A stretch of DNA of 64,000 nucleotides, from positions 32,001 to 96,000 of the forward strand of contig CAWFDF010000008.1 in the NCBI GenBank assembly GCA_963814585.1. The letters are read 5' to 3'. Every line of letters starts with the position of its first letter. Positions within the stretch are counted from its first letter, which is position 1. A program made the position numbers and the translations under genes. Shown here in pieces: positions 1-9,489 of the stretch. Below the pieces are notes generated by a model. It saw only the letters and a list, made by a program, of their open reading frames with translations. It was not told the origin of the DNA and did no database searches. Source of the stretch: an uncultured delta proteobacterium. Its GTDB lineage: Bacteria; Myxococcota; Myxococcia; Myxococcales; Anaeromyxobacteraceae.

Positions 1-238
1 TGAGCGATCCGAGCACCTCCGAGGTCAGGCACTCGGAGTGGACGCGGACGAGGGTGGCGTCTCCGGCCACCTCGCCCAGCACCATGGCGACGTGCTCGGC
101 GCCGCCCCGCTTCTCGCGGAAGACGACCGCCTTGAAGAGGCCGCGGTGGGTCGGCAGTGGCGCCTCGGCGTAGAGCTCGAGGAGGTCCGGCTCCCGACGC
201 GCGGCCCGCTCGACCATCGCCACCACGTTCTCGCTCAT
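1..238 (-). CDS. ribA: GTP cyclohydrolase II, 5' part; runs off the left edge of the window
   Basis: Not in the ORF track. Manual translation of the reverse strand from ATG at 238 gives MSENVVAMVE...EAPLPTHRGLFKAVVF...EHVAMVLGEV...LVRVHSECLTSEVLGSL, the RibA RVHSECLT..GS motif. Confidence 0.9.
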   Translation of the reverse strand, partial: MSENVVAMVERAARREPDLLELYAEAPLPTHRGLFKAVVFREKRGGAEHVAMVLGEVAGDATLVRVHSECLTSEVLGSL

Positions 239-498
239 CGCGATCTCACCCCCCGGACCGTCGTGGCCCGCGGGGGGGATATGCCGTTCGCGGCGCGGCG
301 CGGCAAGGGGATCGTGCGATTCAGTCGCAACAAGCTCCATGGCCCAAAACCGGGAGTGATATCCGTTGAGTAGATGAGGCTTTCTCGCCGGAGCCAGCGG
401 CCCACCCTTGCGGAGTGTCCGGGCTGCGTGCGAACGTCGGCCCGGGACCTGGGCGGCCGTCGAGGTGGCTCATCCACGTCGGTCCACGGGGGTGCTCC

Positions 499-1425
499 AT
501 GCGGTTCATCATCGTCGGTGCCGGTGGCGTGGGCGGACTCATCGGTGGGCTGCTCCAGCGGAGCGGGCAGGAGGTGGCCTTCCTGGCGAGGGGCCGCCAG
601 CTCCAGGCCATGCGGGAGGGCGGGCTGCACGTGCAGAGCCCGCGCGGCACCTTCCACCTTCCCCGGGTCGAGGTCTCCGACGACCCCTCGGCGCTGCCGC
701 CCGGTGACGTCGTCCTGGTGGCGACCAAGGGCTGGCAGGTGCCGGAGGTGGCGCCCCGGCTGCCCCCGCTCCTCGGGCCAGGCGGCGTGGCCATACCCCT
801 CGAGAACGGCGTCGAGGCCGCCGGCCACCTGGCCGCTGCGCTCGGCGAGGGACGGGTGGCCGGGGGACTCTGCTTCCTCCTGTCCCGCGTCGAGGAGCCC
901 GGCCGCATCCAGCACGTGGGCGAGGCCCTGCGGGTGACGGTGGGCGAGCGAGGCGGCGGCACGTCCAGCCGGCGGCTCGAGGAGCTCTGCTCGGTGCTGC
1001 GTGCGGCCCACGTCGACGCCGAGGTGGCCCCCGACATCGACGTGGCGCTCTGGGACAAGCTCCTCTTCATCGAGCCCTTCGGTGCGGTGGGGGCGGTGAC
1101 CCGCTCGCCGGTCGGGATCTTCCGGACCCGGCGCGAGAGCCGCGAGCTGCTGGTCAGCGCCATGGACGAGGTGGCGACGCTGGCGCGGGCCCGGAGGGTG
1201 CGCCTGCCGGCCGACGCCGTGGCCCGCGCGATCCAGGCGATGGACCGGCTGCCGGCCGAGGCCACCGCCTCCATGCAGCGCGACATCCTGTCCGGGCGTC
1301 CCTCCGAGCTGGGCGACCAGACCGGGGCGGTGATGCGCCTCGCTCGCGACGCCGCCCTGGCGGTCCCGGTCCACGCCTTCCTCTGGGCGGCGCTCCTGCC
1401 CCAGGAGGACGCGGCCAGGCGGTAG
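499..1425 (+). CDS. panE: 2-dehydropantoate 2-reductase (ketopantoate reductase, ApbA/PanE family)
   Basis: MRFIIVGAGGVGG Rossmann start; ATKGWQ, LENGVE, LWDKLLF and ASMQRD..GRPSE motifs. Confidence 0.9.
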   Translation: MRFIIVGAGGVGGLIGGLLQRSGQEVAFLARGRQLQAMREGGLHVQSPRGTFHLPRVEVSDDPSALPPGDVVLVATKGWQVPEVAPRLPPLLGPGGVAIPLENGVEAAGHLAAALGEGRVAGGLCFLLSRVEEPGRIQHVGEALRVTVGERGGGTSSRRLEELCSVLRAAHVDAEVAPDIDVALWDKLLFIEPFGAVGAVTRSPVGIFRTRRESRELLVSAMDEVATLARARRVRLPADAVARAIQAMDRLPAEATASMQRDILSGRPSELGDQTGAVMRLARDAALAVPVHAFLWAALLPQEDAARR

Positions 1426-1476
1426 CCGGGGCCGGGGAGGCGATCCGGAGCACTCGAGGATGGGAGGATCACGGGC

Positions 1477-2451
1477 ATGCGGCTCGCCACGCTTCGCGAC
1501 GGTTCCCGGGACGGCCGGCTCGCCGTGGTGCGCGCCGACGGCCAGGCCCTCTTTCCCGCCGGTGACGTCGCCCGCACGCTGCAGGAGGCGCTCGATCGCT
1601 GGCAGGCCTGCGAGCCGCGCCTGCGCGGCCTGGCCGCGGATCTCGACGCCGGCCGGACGCGCGGCGAGCCGCTGGTGGTCGGGGGCCTGCACGCCCCGCT
1701 TCCCCGCGCCTACGAGTGGATCGACGGCTCGACGTTCCTGAACCTCGGGCGGCTGGCTCGCCAGGCCCGAGGCGTGCCGCCCCCGCCCTCGCTGGAGACC
1801 GATCCGCTGGTCTACCAGGGCGGGTCGGGCGTGCTGCTCGCGCCCACCGACCCCATCCCGCTCGGCGACCCGGCCTGGGGGCTCGACCTGGAGGGCGAGG
1901 TCTGTGCCGTCCTCGGCGACGTGCCGATGGGCACCCGCGCCGCGGAGGCGGCCGGGCACGTCCGTCTCTTCTGCCTGGCCAACGACCTCACCTTCCGGAA
2001 CCTGGTCCCCGGCGAGCTGGAGAAGGGCTTCGGGTTCTTCCAGTCGAAGCCGCCCACCGGCTTCAGCCCCTTCGCGGCGACGCCCGACGAGCTGGGTCCG
2101 GCCTGGCACGGCGGCCGCGTTCACCTGCGCCTCGAGGTCCGCCTGAACGGCGCCCTGCTCGGCGACCTGGAGACCGGGCCGGAGATGCACTTCTCCTTCC
2201 TCGACCTCATCCAGCACGTCACCCGGACCCGCGGCCTGGGCGCCGGCACCATCCTCGGCAGCGGCACGATCTCCAACCAGGCCGCGGAGCGCGGCGTCTC
2301 GTGCCTCCAGGAGCGGCAGGTGCGCGAGACCCTCGCCCACGGCGCCCCGCGCACCCCGTACCTCGCCGCCGGCGATCGGATCCGCATCGAGGCCCGCGAC
2401 GCCGCCGGCCGGAGCGTCTTCGGCGCCATCGAGCAGCAGGTCGTCAGCTGA
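1477..2451 (+). CDS. Fumarylacetoacetate hydrolase family protein
   Basis: MRLATLRDGSRDGRL N-terminus; DLEGEV, LANDLTFRNL..ELEKGFGFFQSKP and GTILGSGTISN motifs. Confidence 0.85.
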   Translation: MRLATLRDGSRDGRLAVVRADGQALFPAGDVARTLQEALDRWQACEPRLRGLAADLDAGRTRGEPLVVGGLHAPLPRAYEWIDGSTFLNLGRLARQARGVPPPPSLETDPLVYQGGSGVLLAPTDPIPLGDPAWGLDLEGEVCAVLGDVPMGTRAAEAAGHVRLFCLANDLTFRNLVPGELEKGFGFFQSKPPTGFSPFAATPDELGPAWHGGRVHLRLEVRLNGALLGDLETGPEMHFSFLDLIQHVTRTRGLGAGTILGSGTISNQAAERGVSCLQERQVRETLAHGAPRTPYLAAGDRIRIEARDAAGRSVFGAIEQQVVS

Positions 2452-2529
2452 GGCGGGCCTCCCCGGGATCCGCCACCGGCTCCAGAACTCCGCTTGCCTG
2501 CCGGGCGCCCCCCCGCCATCATCCCCCCC

Positions 2530-3609
2530 ATGTCCATGGCGGGCCGCTTCCCTCACCTCAAGTACTTCAAGAACTCGATCCTGGTGACCATCCTCGGCCT
2601 GGCCGCGGGCGCCGCGGTGGGGTCCTACTACACCGGCACCGGGGCCGGCATCGCCAAGACCATCTTCATCGTGGCGGTGCTCAGCGTCCTCGAGGTCTCG
2701 CTCTCCTTCGACAACGCGGTGGTGAACGCCACGGTGCTGAAGGACATGACCCCGGTGTGGCGCCACCGCTTCCTCACCTGGGGCATCGCCATCGCCGTCT
2801 TCGGGATGCGGCTGGTCTTCCCGGTGGTGGTGGTCAGCATCGTCGCCTGGGTCGGGCCCTTCGAGGCCCTCCGGCTGGCGGCCCTGGAGCCCGGCAAGTA
2901 CGCCTACATCCTCACCAGCGCCCACGTGGTGCTGGGGGCCTTCGGCGGCGCCTTCCTGGGCATGGTGTGCCTGAAGTACTTCTTCGACGTCGAGAAGGAC
3001 GTCCACTGGATCCAGGTCCTCGAGTCGCGGCTGTCGAAGCTCGGGAAGATCGAGGGGGTCGAGCTCGGCCTGATGATGCTGGCCATCTACGGAGTCTCCC
3101 GGCTGGTGCCGCACCATGAGGGCCACGCCTTCCTGGTGGCCGGGATCTTCGGGCTGGTCACCTTCGTGGCCGTGGACGGGATCGGCGCCGCCATGGAGGT
3201 GGGACCCGACCAGATCCGCGACGTCCACCGGGCCAGCGCCGCCAACTTCCTCTACCTGGAGGTGCTGGACGCCAGCTTCAGCTTCGACGGCGTCATCGGC
3301 GCCTTCGCGCTCACCAACAACCTCTTCGTCATCGCCATCGGCCTGGGCGTCGGGGCCATGTTCGTGCGCAGCCTGACGGTGATGATGGTGGACGAGGGGA
3401 CGCTGGCCTCGTACCGCTACCTGGAGCACGGCGCCTTCTACGCCATCGGGGCCCTGGCGTTCCTCATGCTGGCGGGGACGGTCACCACCATCCCCGAGGC
3501 GATCACGGGACTCATCGGCGCCGGCTTCATCGGCGTGGCGCTCTGGTCCTCGATCCGGTTCAACGCCGCCCAGCTGCCGAAGGTCGAGGAGATCGCGCCC
3601 GGGGAGTAG
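2530..3609 (+). CDS. DUF475 / TerC-like integral membrane protein
   Basis: LEVSLSFDNAVVNA and FLYLEVLDASFSFDGVIGAFA motifs; many hydrophobic segments. Start codon uncertain. Confidence 0.85.
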   Translation: MSMAGRFPHLKYFKNSILVTILGLAAGAAVGSYYTGTGAGIAKTIFIVAVLSVLEVSLSFDNAVVNATVLKDMTPVWRHRFLTWGIAIAVFGMRLVFPVVVVSIVAWVGPFEALRLAALEPGKYAYILTSAHVVLGAFGGAFLGMVCLKYFFDVEKDVHWIQVLESRLSKLGKIEGVELGLMMLAIYGVSRLVPHHEGHAFLVAGIFGLVTFVAVDGIGAAMEVGPDQIRDVHRASAANFLYLEVLDASFSFDGVIGAFALTNNLFVIAIGLGVGAMFVRSLTVMMVDEGTLASYRYLEHGAFYAIGALAFLMLAGTVTTIPEAITGLIGAGFIGVALWSSIRFNAAQLPKVEEIAPGE

Positions 3610-3674
3610 TCCTCGCCGGATCACGCCGGGTTTGCATTCCGGCGCGCCCCGGTCGAGGATGACGGACCGCCCGC

Positions 3675-4556
3675 ATGGCCGCCCGCATCCTCCAGATCAT
3701 CCTCCCGGTCTTCGTCATCGTCGCCGGCGGCTTCCTCTACGGCCGGCTGCGACGCTGCGACATCACGGTGCTGAACCGGCTCAACATGGACGTGTTCCTG
3801 CCGGCGCTGATCGTGGGCGCGCTCGCCACCCGGCCCTTCGACGCCGCCCGGAACGGGGCCCTGGTGCTGGGCGGGATCGCCGTGGTGCTGGGCTCGGGGC
3901 TGCTGGCCTGGCCCATCGCCCGCTGGCTGCGGTCGGATCCGCGCACCTTCGTGCCGCCCATGATGTTCAACAACTCCGGGAACATGGGACTGCCGCTGGC
4001 GGTGCTGGCCTTCGGCGAGGCGAGCCTGCCGGCCGCCGTGGCGCTCTTCGTGGCCTCGAACCTGCTCCACTTCACGCTCGGGGCCTCGCTGGTGCGGCGC
4101 GACGCCCACTTCGGGCGAATCCTGCTCTCTCCCATGGTGGTGTCCACCGTCCTCGGGGTCGCCCTGGGTGCGGCCGGCGTCGCCCTCCCGGCCTGGGTGG
4201 TGGTGACCCTGAAGATGATGGGCGACGTGGCGGTGCCGCTCATGCTCTTCACGCTCGGCCTCCGCATGGCGGCCACGGCCATCCGCGGCTGGCGCGTGGG
4301 CATGGCCGGGGCGCTGGTGCGGCCGGTGGCCGGCCTCGCCATCGCCGTGCCGCTGGGCTGGCTCCTGCACCTCGGGCCCACCCAGCTGGGGATGCTCTAC
4401 GTCTTCGCCAGCCTCCCGCCGGCGGTCCTGAACTTCCTCATCGCCGAGGAGTACCGCCAGGAGCCGGAGAAGGTGGCCTCGATCGTGCTGGTGGGCCACC
4501 TCGCCAGCCTGGTCTTCGTGCCGCTGGGGCTGGCGCTGGCGCTGCGGCTGTCCTGA
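3675..4556 (+). CDS. AEC (auxin efflux carrier) family transporter
   Basis: About 10 hydrophobic segments; FNNSGNMGLPL and AVPLMLFTLG motifs. Confidence 0.85.
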   Translation: MAARILQIILPVFVIVAGGFLYGRLRRCDITVLNRLNMDVFLPALIVGALATRPFDAARNGALVLGGIAVVLGSGLLAWPIARWLRSDPRTFVPPMMFNNSGNMGLPLAVLAFGEASLPAAVALFVASNLLHFTLGASLVRRDAHFGRILLSPMVVSTVLGVALGAAGVALPAWVVVTLKMMGDVAVPLMLFTLGLRMAATAIRGWRVGMAGALVRPVAGLAIAVPLGWLLHLGPTQLGMLYVFASLPPAVLNFLIAEEYRQEPEKVASIVLVGHLASLVFVPLGLALALRLS

Positions 4557-4579
4557 TACCAGCACCTCGTGGAGGTCAC

Positions 4580-5476
4580 ATGAACGTCGGCTTCGTCGGT
4601 CTCGGCATCATGGGGAAGTCCATGTCCGCCAACCTGATCAGGGGAGGGCACGCGCTCTCCCTCCACTCGCGGAGCGGGGTGCCCGGAGAGCTGGTCGCCC
4701 TGGGCGGCAGCGCCTGTGGCAGCGGCCGAGAGGTGGCCGAGCGCTCGGAGGTGATCTTCATCATGGTGCCGGACACGGCCGACGTGGAGAAGGCGCTCTT
4801 CGCCCCCGGCGGCGTCGCCGAGGGGCTCTCGGCCGGCCAGGTGGTGGTGGACATGAGCTCCATCTCCCCGGAGGCCACCCGGGGCTTCGCCGCCAGGGTC
4901 CGGGCGCTCGGCGCCGAGTACCTGGACGCGCCGGTCTCCGGCGGCGACGTCGGCGCCCGCCAGGGCACGCTCACCATCATGGCCGGTGGCAACCAGGCCA
5001 CCTTCGACCGGGTGAAGCCGCTCCTCTCCCTGCTCGGGAAGAACCTCACGCTGGTGGGAGAGTGCGGGGCGGGACAGACCTGCAAGGTGGCGAACCAGAT
5101 CGTGGTGGCGCTCACCATCGAGGCGGTGGGCGAGGCGCTGCTCTTCGCCTCGAAGGCCGGCGTCGACCCGGCCAAGGTGCGCCAGGCCCTGCTGGGTGGC
5201 TTCGCCTCCTCGCGCATCCTCGAGGTGCACGGGGAGCGGATGATCGCGCGGAACTTCGAGCCGGGCGCGCGCGTGGCCCTTCACCAGAAGGACCTGAACA
5301 ACGCCCTCTCCGGCGCCCGGGCCATGGGGCTCCCGCTCCCCGCCACCGCGCTGGCCCAGCAGCTCTTCAGCGCCTGCGCCGCCATGGGCGGCTCGGCCTG
5401 GGACCACTCGTCGATGGTGCGGGCGCTGGAGAAGCTCGCCTGCCACGAGATCGGGTCTGGTCGCTCCTCGCCCTAG
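4580..5476 (+). CDS. glxR: 2-hydroxy-3-oxopropionate (tartronate semialdehyde) reductase
   Basis: GGAGG RBS; MNVGFVGLGIMG, LDAPVSGG, GAGQTCKVANQIVVAL and GGFASSRILEVHGERM motifs (GlxR/GarR subfamily). Confidence 0.85.
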   Translation: MNVGFVGLGIMGKSMSANLIRGGHALSLHSRSGVPGELVALGGSACGSGREVAERSEVIFIMVPDTADVEKALFAPGGVAEGLSAGQVVVDMSSISPEATRGFAARVRALGAEYLDAPVSGGDVGARQGTLTIMAGGNQATFDRVKPLLSLLGKNLTLVGECGAGQTCKVANQIVVALTIEAVGEALLFASKAGVDPAKVRQALLGGFASSRILEVHGERMIARNFEPGARVALHQKDLNNALSGARAMGLPLPATALAQQLFSACAAMGGSAWDHSSMVRALEKLACHEIGSGRSSP

Positions 5477-7398
5477 TTCCCGTAGAGCAGGCCCGGCAGC
5501 CACGTTCCGATGCCCGGGAACATGTAGAGCAGGAACAGCGCGATGACCTGGAGGGCCATGAAGGGCATCATCCCGGCGAAGATCTGGTTCAGGGTCACGT
5601 GGGGCGGGGCCACGCCCTTCAGGTAGAAGGCGGCCATGGCCACCGGCGGCGAGAGGAAAGCCGTCTGCAGGTTCATGGCCACCAGCAGGCCGAAGAAGAG
5701 CGGATCGACCTGGAAGTGGCCCAGCAGCGGCAGGAAGATGGGCATGAAGATCACGATGATCTCGGTCCACTCCAGCGGCCAGCCCAGGATGAAGATGATG
5801 AACTGGGCCAGCAGCATGAACTGCAGCGGGCTCATGTTGAGCGAGAGCACCCACAGCTCGATGATCTCCTGGCCGCCGAGCAGCGCGAAGGCGGCCGAGA
5901 AGATGCTGGAGCCGACGAAGAGCCAGCAGACCATGGCGGTGGTCTTGGCGCAGAGGAAGGCCGACTCCTTCACCACCTGGAAGCTGAGCTTCTTGTAGGC
6001 CGCCGCCAGGAGCAGGCCGCCGCCCGAGCCCATGGCCGCCGCCTCGGTGGGCGTGGCCCAGCCGAAGATGATGCTGCCCAGCACCGCCAGGATCAGCGCC
6101 GAGAGGGGGAAGAAGGAGGTGAGGAGGAGCTTGAAGATCAGGAAGCGCTCGAGCGTGAAGAGGCCATAGGTGACGGCCAGGATGGCGGCGCCGACGGCGA
6201 GGACGACCCAGAACCAGGTCGGGGCGGGGACCCGCCGGGAGGTCTCCGGCGCGGGGGCCTCAGGCGTCGCGACGACTGGCGCCGGGGCGGCGGCCGGCCC
6301 GGCGGGGGCCGCCTGGGCGCCTTCCAGCGGCGGCTCCTGCACGCCCTCGGAAGGCGGCTCGGCCAGGGTGCCCTCCTCGGACGGCGCCGCCTGCTCCTCG
6401 CCGATCTCCCGCATGCCGCCGGTGTCGACGATCTCGACGGTGGTCGCGACCCGGTAGAGGAGGGCGACCGGGACCGTCACCATGACGGCCGGCAGGAGGG
6501 CCAGGACGAGCTGCTTCCAGAGGGCGCGCCTCGGGACCGGCGACGTCCCCGAGGCGAGGGCGCGGACGAGCAGCGGGACGGCCTGGCCGGCGCCGCTCGG
6601 GGCGAGCTGCAGGGCCCAGGGCGGCATGGGGACGGTCTGCTCCTCGATCGGCGCCTCCGGCGCCAGGCTCGGGTTGAGCTTGGCCCGGACGATGACGTAG
6701 GCGACGTACAGGGTGGCCAGCATGAGCCCGGGGAAGAAGGCGCCGGCGTAGAGTTGGACCACCGAGACCGAGGCGGTGGCGCCGTAGAGGATGAGGAGCA
6801 CCGAGGGCGGGATGATGATGCCCAGCGTCCCGCCGGCGGTGATGACGCCGGCCGAGAGCCTCACGTCGTACCGGGCCCGGATCATGGCCGGGAGGGCCAG
6901 CAGGCCCATCAGCGTCACCACCGCGCCGATGATGCCGGTCGCGGTGGCGAAGACCGCGCAGGTGACCAGCGTGGCCACCGCCAGCGAGCCGGGGAGGCGG
7001 CCGATGGCCAGGTGCAGGCTCTTGAACAGCTTCTCGATGAGGGCCGCCCGCTCCACCAGGTACCCCATGAAGACGAAGAGCGGGACCGAGATGAGGACGT
7101 CGTTGGTCATCACCGCGAAGGTCCGCTGGACCATGAGGTCGAGCGTCTGGCGGACGGCGATCTCGGGGGACTGGAAGCGGTAGGCCAGCCAGGCGAAGAA
7201 GACGCCCATGCCCATGAGCGTGAAGGCGGTGGGGAAGCCCAGCATGATGGCCACCACCACCAGCGCCAGCATGAGCAGGCCGAGGTGGCCGCTCGCCATG
7301 TTCCAGGGGGCGGGCAGGAAGTAGAAGGTGGGGATGACGATGAGGGCGATGAGCGTGAAGCCGAACCAGAGCTCCTTGCGGATCCTGGGGAAGGTCAC
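5473..7398 (-). CDS. dctM: TRAP transporter large permease DctM with a central Pro/Ala/Glu-rich insertion
   Basis: GTG start overlaps the dctQ stop. Motifs GFPTAFTL, GTLGIIIPPS, ATPTEAAA, NLQTAFLSPP. Confidence 0.9.
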   Translation of the reverse strand: MTFPRIRKELWFGFTLIALIVIPTFYFLPAPWNMASGHLGLLMLALVVVAIMLGFPTAFTLMGMGVFFAWLAYRFQSPEIAVRQTLDLMVQRTFAVMTNDVLISVPLFVFMGYLVERAALIEKLFKSLHLAIGRLPGSLAVATLVTCAVFATATGIIGAVVTLMGLLALPAMIRARYDVRLSAGVITAGGTLGIIIPPSVLLILYGATASVSVVQLYAGAFFPGLMLATLYVAYVIVRAKLNPSLAPEAPIEEQTVPMPPWALQLAPSGAGQAVPLLVRALASGTSPVPRRALWKQLVLALLPAVMVTVPVALLYRVATTVEIVDTGGMREIGEEQAAPSEEGTLAEPPSEGVQEPPLEGAQAAPAGPAAAPAPVVATPEAPAPETSRRVPAPTWFWVVLAVGAAILAVTYGLFTLERFLIFKLLLTSFFPLSALILAVLGSIIFGWATPTEAAAMGSGGGLLLAAAYKKLSFQVVKESAFLCAKTTAMVCWLFVGSSIFSAAFALLGGQEIIELWVLSLNMSPLQFMLLAQFIIFILGWPLEWTEIIVIFMPIFLPLLGHFQVDPLFFGLLVAMNLQTAFLSPPVAMAAFYLKGVAPPHVTLNQIFAGMMPFMALQVIALFLLYMFPGIGTWLPGLLYGN

Positions 7399-8030
7399 GG
7401 GCGCTCCCCCTTCCCCTGCTCCTTCTCGATGACGAACTTGTCGAGCGCCGCGATGTCCTCGTCCTTGACGTGGACCAGCTTCTTGAGCTTCTCCACGTCC
7501 ACCTCCACCACGTCCTGCTGCCGCGAGGGCCACTCGCCGTCCTTGAGGCACATCACGCAGCGGACCATCTCGGCAAGCCCCTGCACCAGGAGCAGGGCGC
7601 CGGCGATGGGGATGAAGGTCTTGAAGGTGTAGACCGGCGGCCCGTCGATCATCACCGTGGAGCGCTCGCGGATGAACCAGGACTCGCCGGCGTAGGTGTA
7701 GCCGGCCCAGACCAGGGCCACGGCGCCGGGGATGAAGAACAGCACGTAGAGCGTGAGGTCGATCCCGGCCTGCACCCGCGGGGAGAAGAAGCCGTAGAGC
7801 ACGTCGCCGCGGACGTGGCCGCTCTTGGCCAGCGTGTAGGCCCCGCCCATCATGAACATGATCCCGTACAGCTGGATCTGGGCGTCGAAGGCCCAGGCGT
7901 GCGGCGCGTCGAAGAAGCGCCGGGAGAAGATCTCCCAGGTCATCATGAAGGTGAGCGCGACGATGAGCCAGGAGAAGGCCTGGCCCACCGAGGTGCTGAT
8001 CTTGTCGACGGTGAGGAGCAGTCGTCGCAT
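7395..8030 (-). CDS. dctQ: TRAP transporter small permease DctQ
   Basis: Four TM segments, GGAYTL...HVRGD motif; lies between dctP and dctM. Confidence 0.9.
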   Translation of the reverse strand: MRRLLLTVDKISTSVGQAFSWLIVALTFMMTWEIFSRRFFDAPHAWAFDAQIQLYGIMFMMGGAYTLAKSGHVRGDVLYGFFSPRVQAGIDLTLYVLFFIPGAVALVWAGYTYAGESWFIRERSTVMIDGPPVYTFKTFIPIAGALLLVQGLAEMVRCVMCLKDGEWPSRQQDVVEVDVEKLKKLVHVKDEDIAALDKFVIEKEQGKGERP

Positions 8031-8073
8031 CGAGGGATCTCGGTGGAGGAGGGGAGGCGGCGCTGGAAAGGAC

Positions 8074-8102
8074 CGGCCGCCCGGCACGGAGCCGGGCGGC
8101 CG
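8074..8102 (-). terminator. GC-rich stem-loop between dctP and dctQ (attenuator or mRNA-stabilising hairpin)
   Basis: CGGCCGCCCGGC-acgga-GCCGGGCGGCCG is a perfect 12-bp inverted repeat just after the dctP stop. Confidence 0.6.
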
Positions 8103-8120
8103 TCCAGGTGAGGCTCGAGC

Positions 8121-9281
8121 CTACTTCTTCTTCCCGAAGTTGTGGTTGTAGGCCATCTTGTAGTCGACCACCGTGTCGGCCTGCCAGCGGCCGGCGCGCT
8201 TGGCGAAGGCGTTCTGCGACTCGTAGGCCTTCTTGAAGAACGGGTTCTCGGCCGAGCGCTTGGCGACGATGCCGTCCCAGAGCTCCAGCTGCTTCTTGAG
8301 GATGGCGTCCGGCGTCTTGTAGAACTTCACGCCCTGCTTCTCCTGCATCTCCTGGTAGTCGCTGGAGTACCGGTCGATGGCCTTCCAGGACATGTCGGCC
8401 GAGGCGGCCTGGACGGCGTAGCCGAGGATGTTGCGCAGGTCCTCGGGCAGGGCGTCGTACCGCTTCTTGTTGAAGATGATCTCGAACTGCTCGCCCGACT
8501 GGTGGAAGGACTGCAGCATGCAGGTCTTGGAGACGTCGGGGAAGCCCAGCGCCTTGTCGGAGGAGGCGTTGTTGAACTCGGCGGCGTCGAGGAGGCCGCG
8601 GTCCATGGCCGGGACGATCTCGGCGCCGGGGAGCGCGTTCACCGCCATGCCCAGGCCGGTGAAGATGTCGATGGAGAGCCCCACGGTGCGGAACTTGAGC
8701 CCCTTGAGGTCCTCGATCTTCGAGACCGGCTTCTTGAACCAGCCGAAGGGCTGGGTGGGCATGGGGCCGTACAGGTAGGAGACCACGTCGATGTTGAGGG
8801 CCTTGTAGATCTCGTCGAGGATCGCCTTGCCCCCGCCGTAGTAGTGCCAGGCCAGCACCATGTTGGGGTCCATGCCGCAGGCCGGGCCGGAGCCCCACAG
8901 CGCCAGGGCGGAGTTCTTGCCGTACCAGTAGGCGACCACGCCGTGGCCGCCGTCGAGCGTGCCCTTCGAAACGGCGTCGAGCAGCTCGAAGGCCTTGACC
9001 ACCGCGCCGGCCGGCAGCACCTCGATCTTGAGCCGCCCGCCCGACATCTCGTTGACCTTCTTGGCGTAGTCGAGGGCGTACTCGTGGAAGATGTCCTTGG
9101 TCGGCCAGGTGCTCTGCCAGCGCATGGTGATGGGCGTCTGGGCGATGTGGATGGTGGGGAGCACGGCGGTGGCGGCCACGGCGGCCCCGGCGGTCCCGAC
9201 CGCAGCCTTCCGCAGGAAGTCGCGCCGCGACGTGTTCTCCAGCTGCTGAGACCCTGCGCTCTTCGTCTTCTTGGTCTTCAT
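8121..9281 (-). CDS. dctP: TRAP substrate-binding protein DctP (TakP-like, probably monocarboxylate/2-oxoacid), Tat-exported
   Basis: SRRDFLRK twin-arginine signal; MRWQSTWP, SGGRLKIEVLPAGAVV, LKGLKFR and LDAAEF motifs. Confidence 0.9.
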   Translation of the reverse strand: MKTKKTKSAGSQQLENTSRRDFLRKAAVGTAGAAVAATAVLPTIHIAQTPITMRWQSTWPTKDIFHEYALDYAKKVNEMSGGRLKIEVLPAGAVVKAFELLDAVSKGTLDGGHGVVAYWYGKNSALALWGSGPACGMDPNMVLAWHYYGGGKAILDEIYKALNIDVVSYLYGPMPTQPFGWFKKPVSKIEDLKGLKFRTVGLSIDIFTGLGMAVNALPGAEIVPAMDRGLLDAAEFNNASSDKALGFPDVSKTCMLQSFHQSGEQFEIIFNKKRYDALPEDLRNILGYAVQAASADMSWKAIDRYSSDYQEMQEKQGVKFYKTPDAILKKQLELWDGIVAKRSAENPFFKKAYESQNAFAKRAGRWQADTVVDYKMAYNHNFGKKK

Positions 9282-9359
9282 GCTTGGCTCCTGGGGTTTG
9301 GGTACACGGGTGGTGACGCCGCAAGGACCTTGGACGCCTCGGGCCCGCTTGGGCTCGCC

Positions 9360-9389
9360 ATCCTAGCCATCGGCCCGCGGGGACTTCAA
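9360..9389 (-). promoter_or_regulatory. Putative sigma70 promoter of the TRAP operon
   Basis: TTGAAG-N18-TAGGAT on the minus strand, about 80 nt upstream of dctP. Confidence 0.5.
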
Positions 9390-9489
9390 GGCGCGTCGCC
9401 GGCTCCTCGACGCGGAGCCCCATGCCGCGGCGCGGCAATGCGCCACATCGGACCGCGCCACTTGCCGGGAGCGTCCCGGAAGGGCCGGA

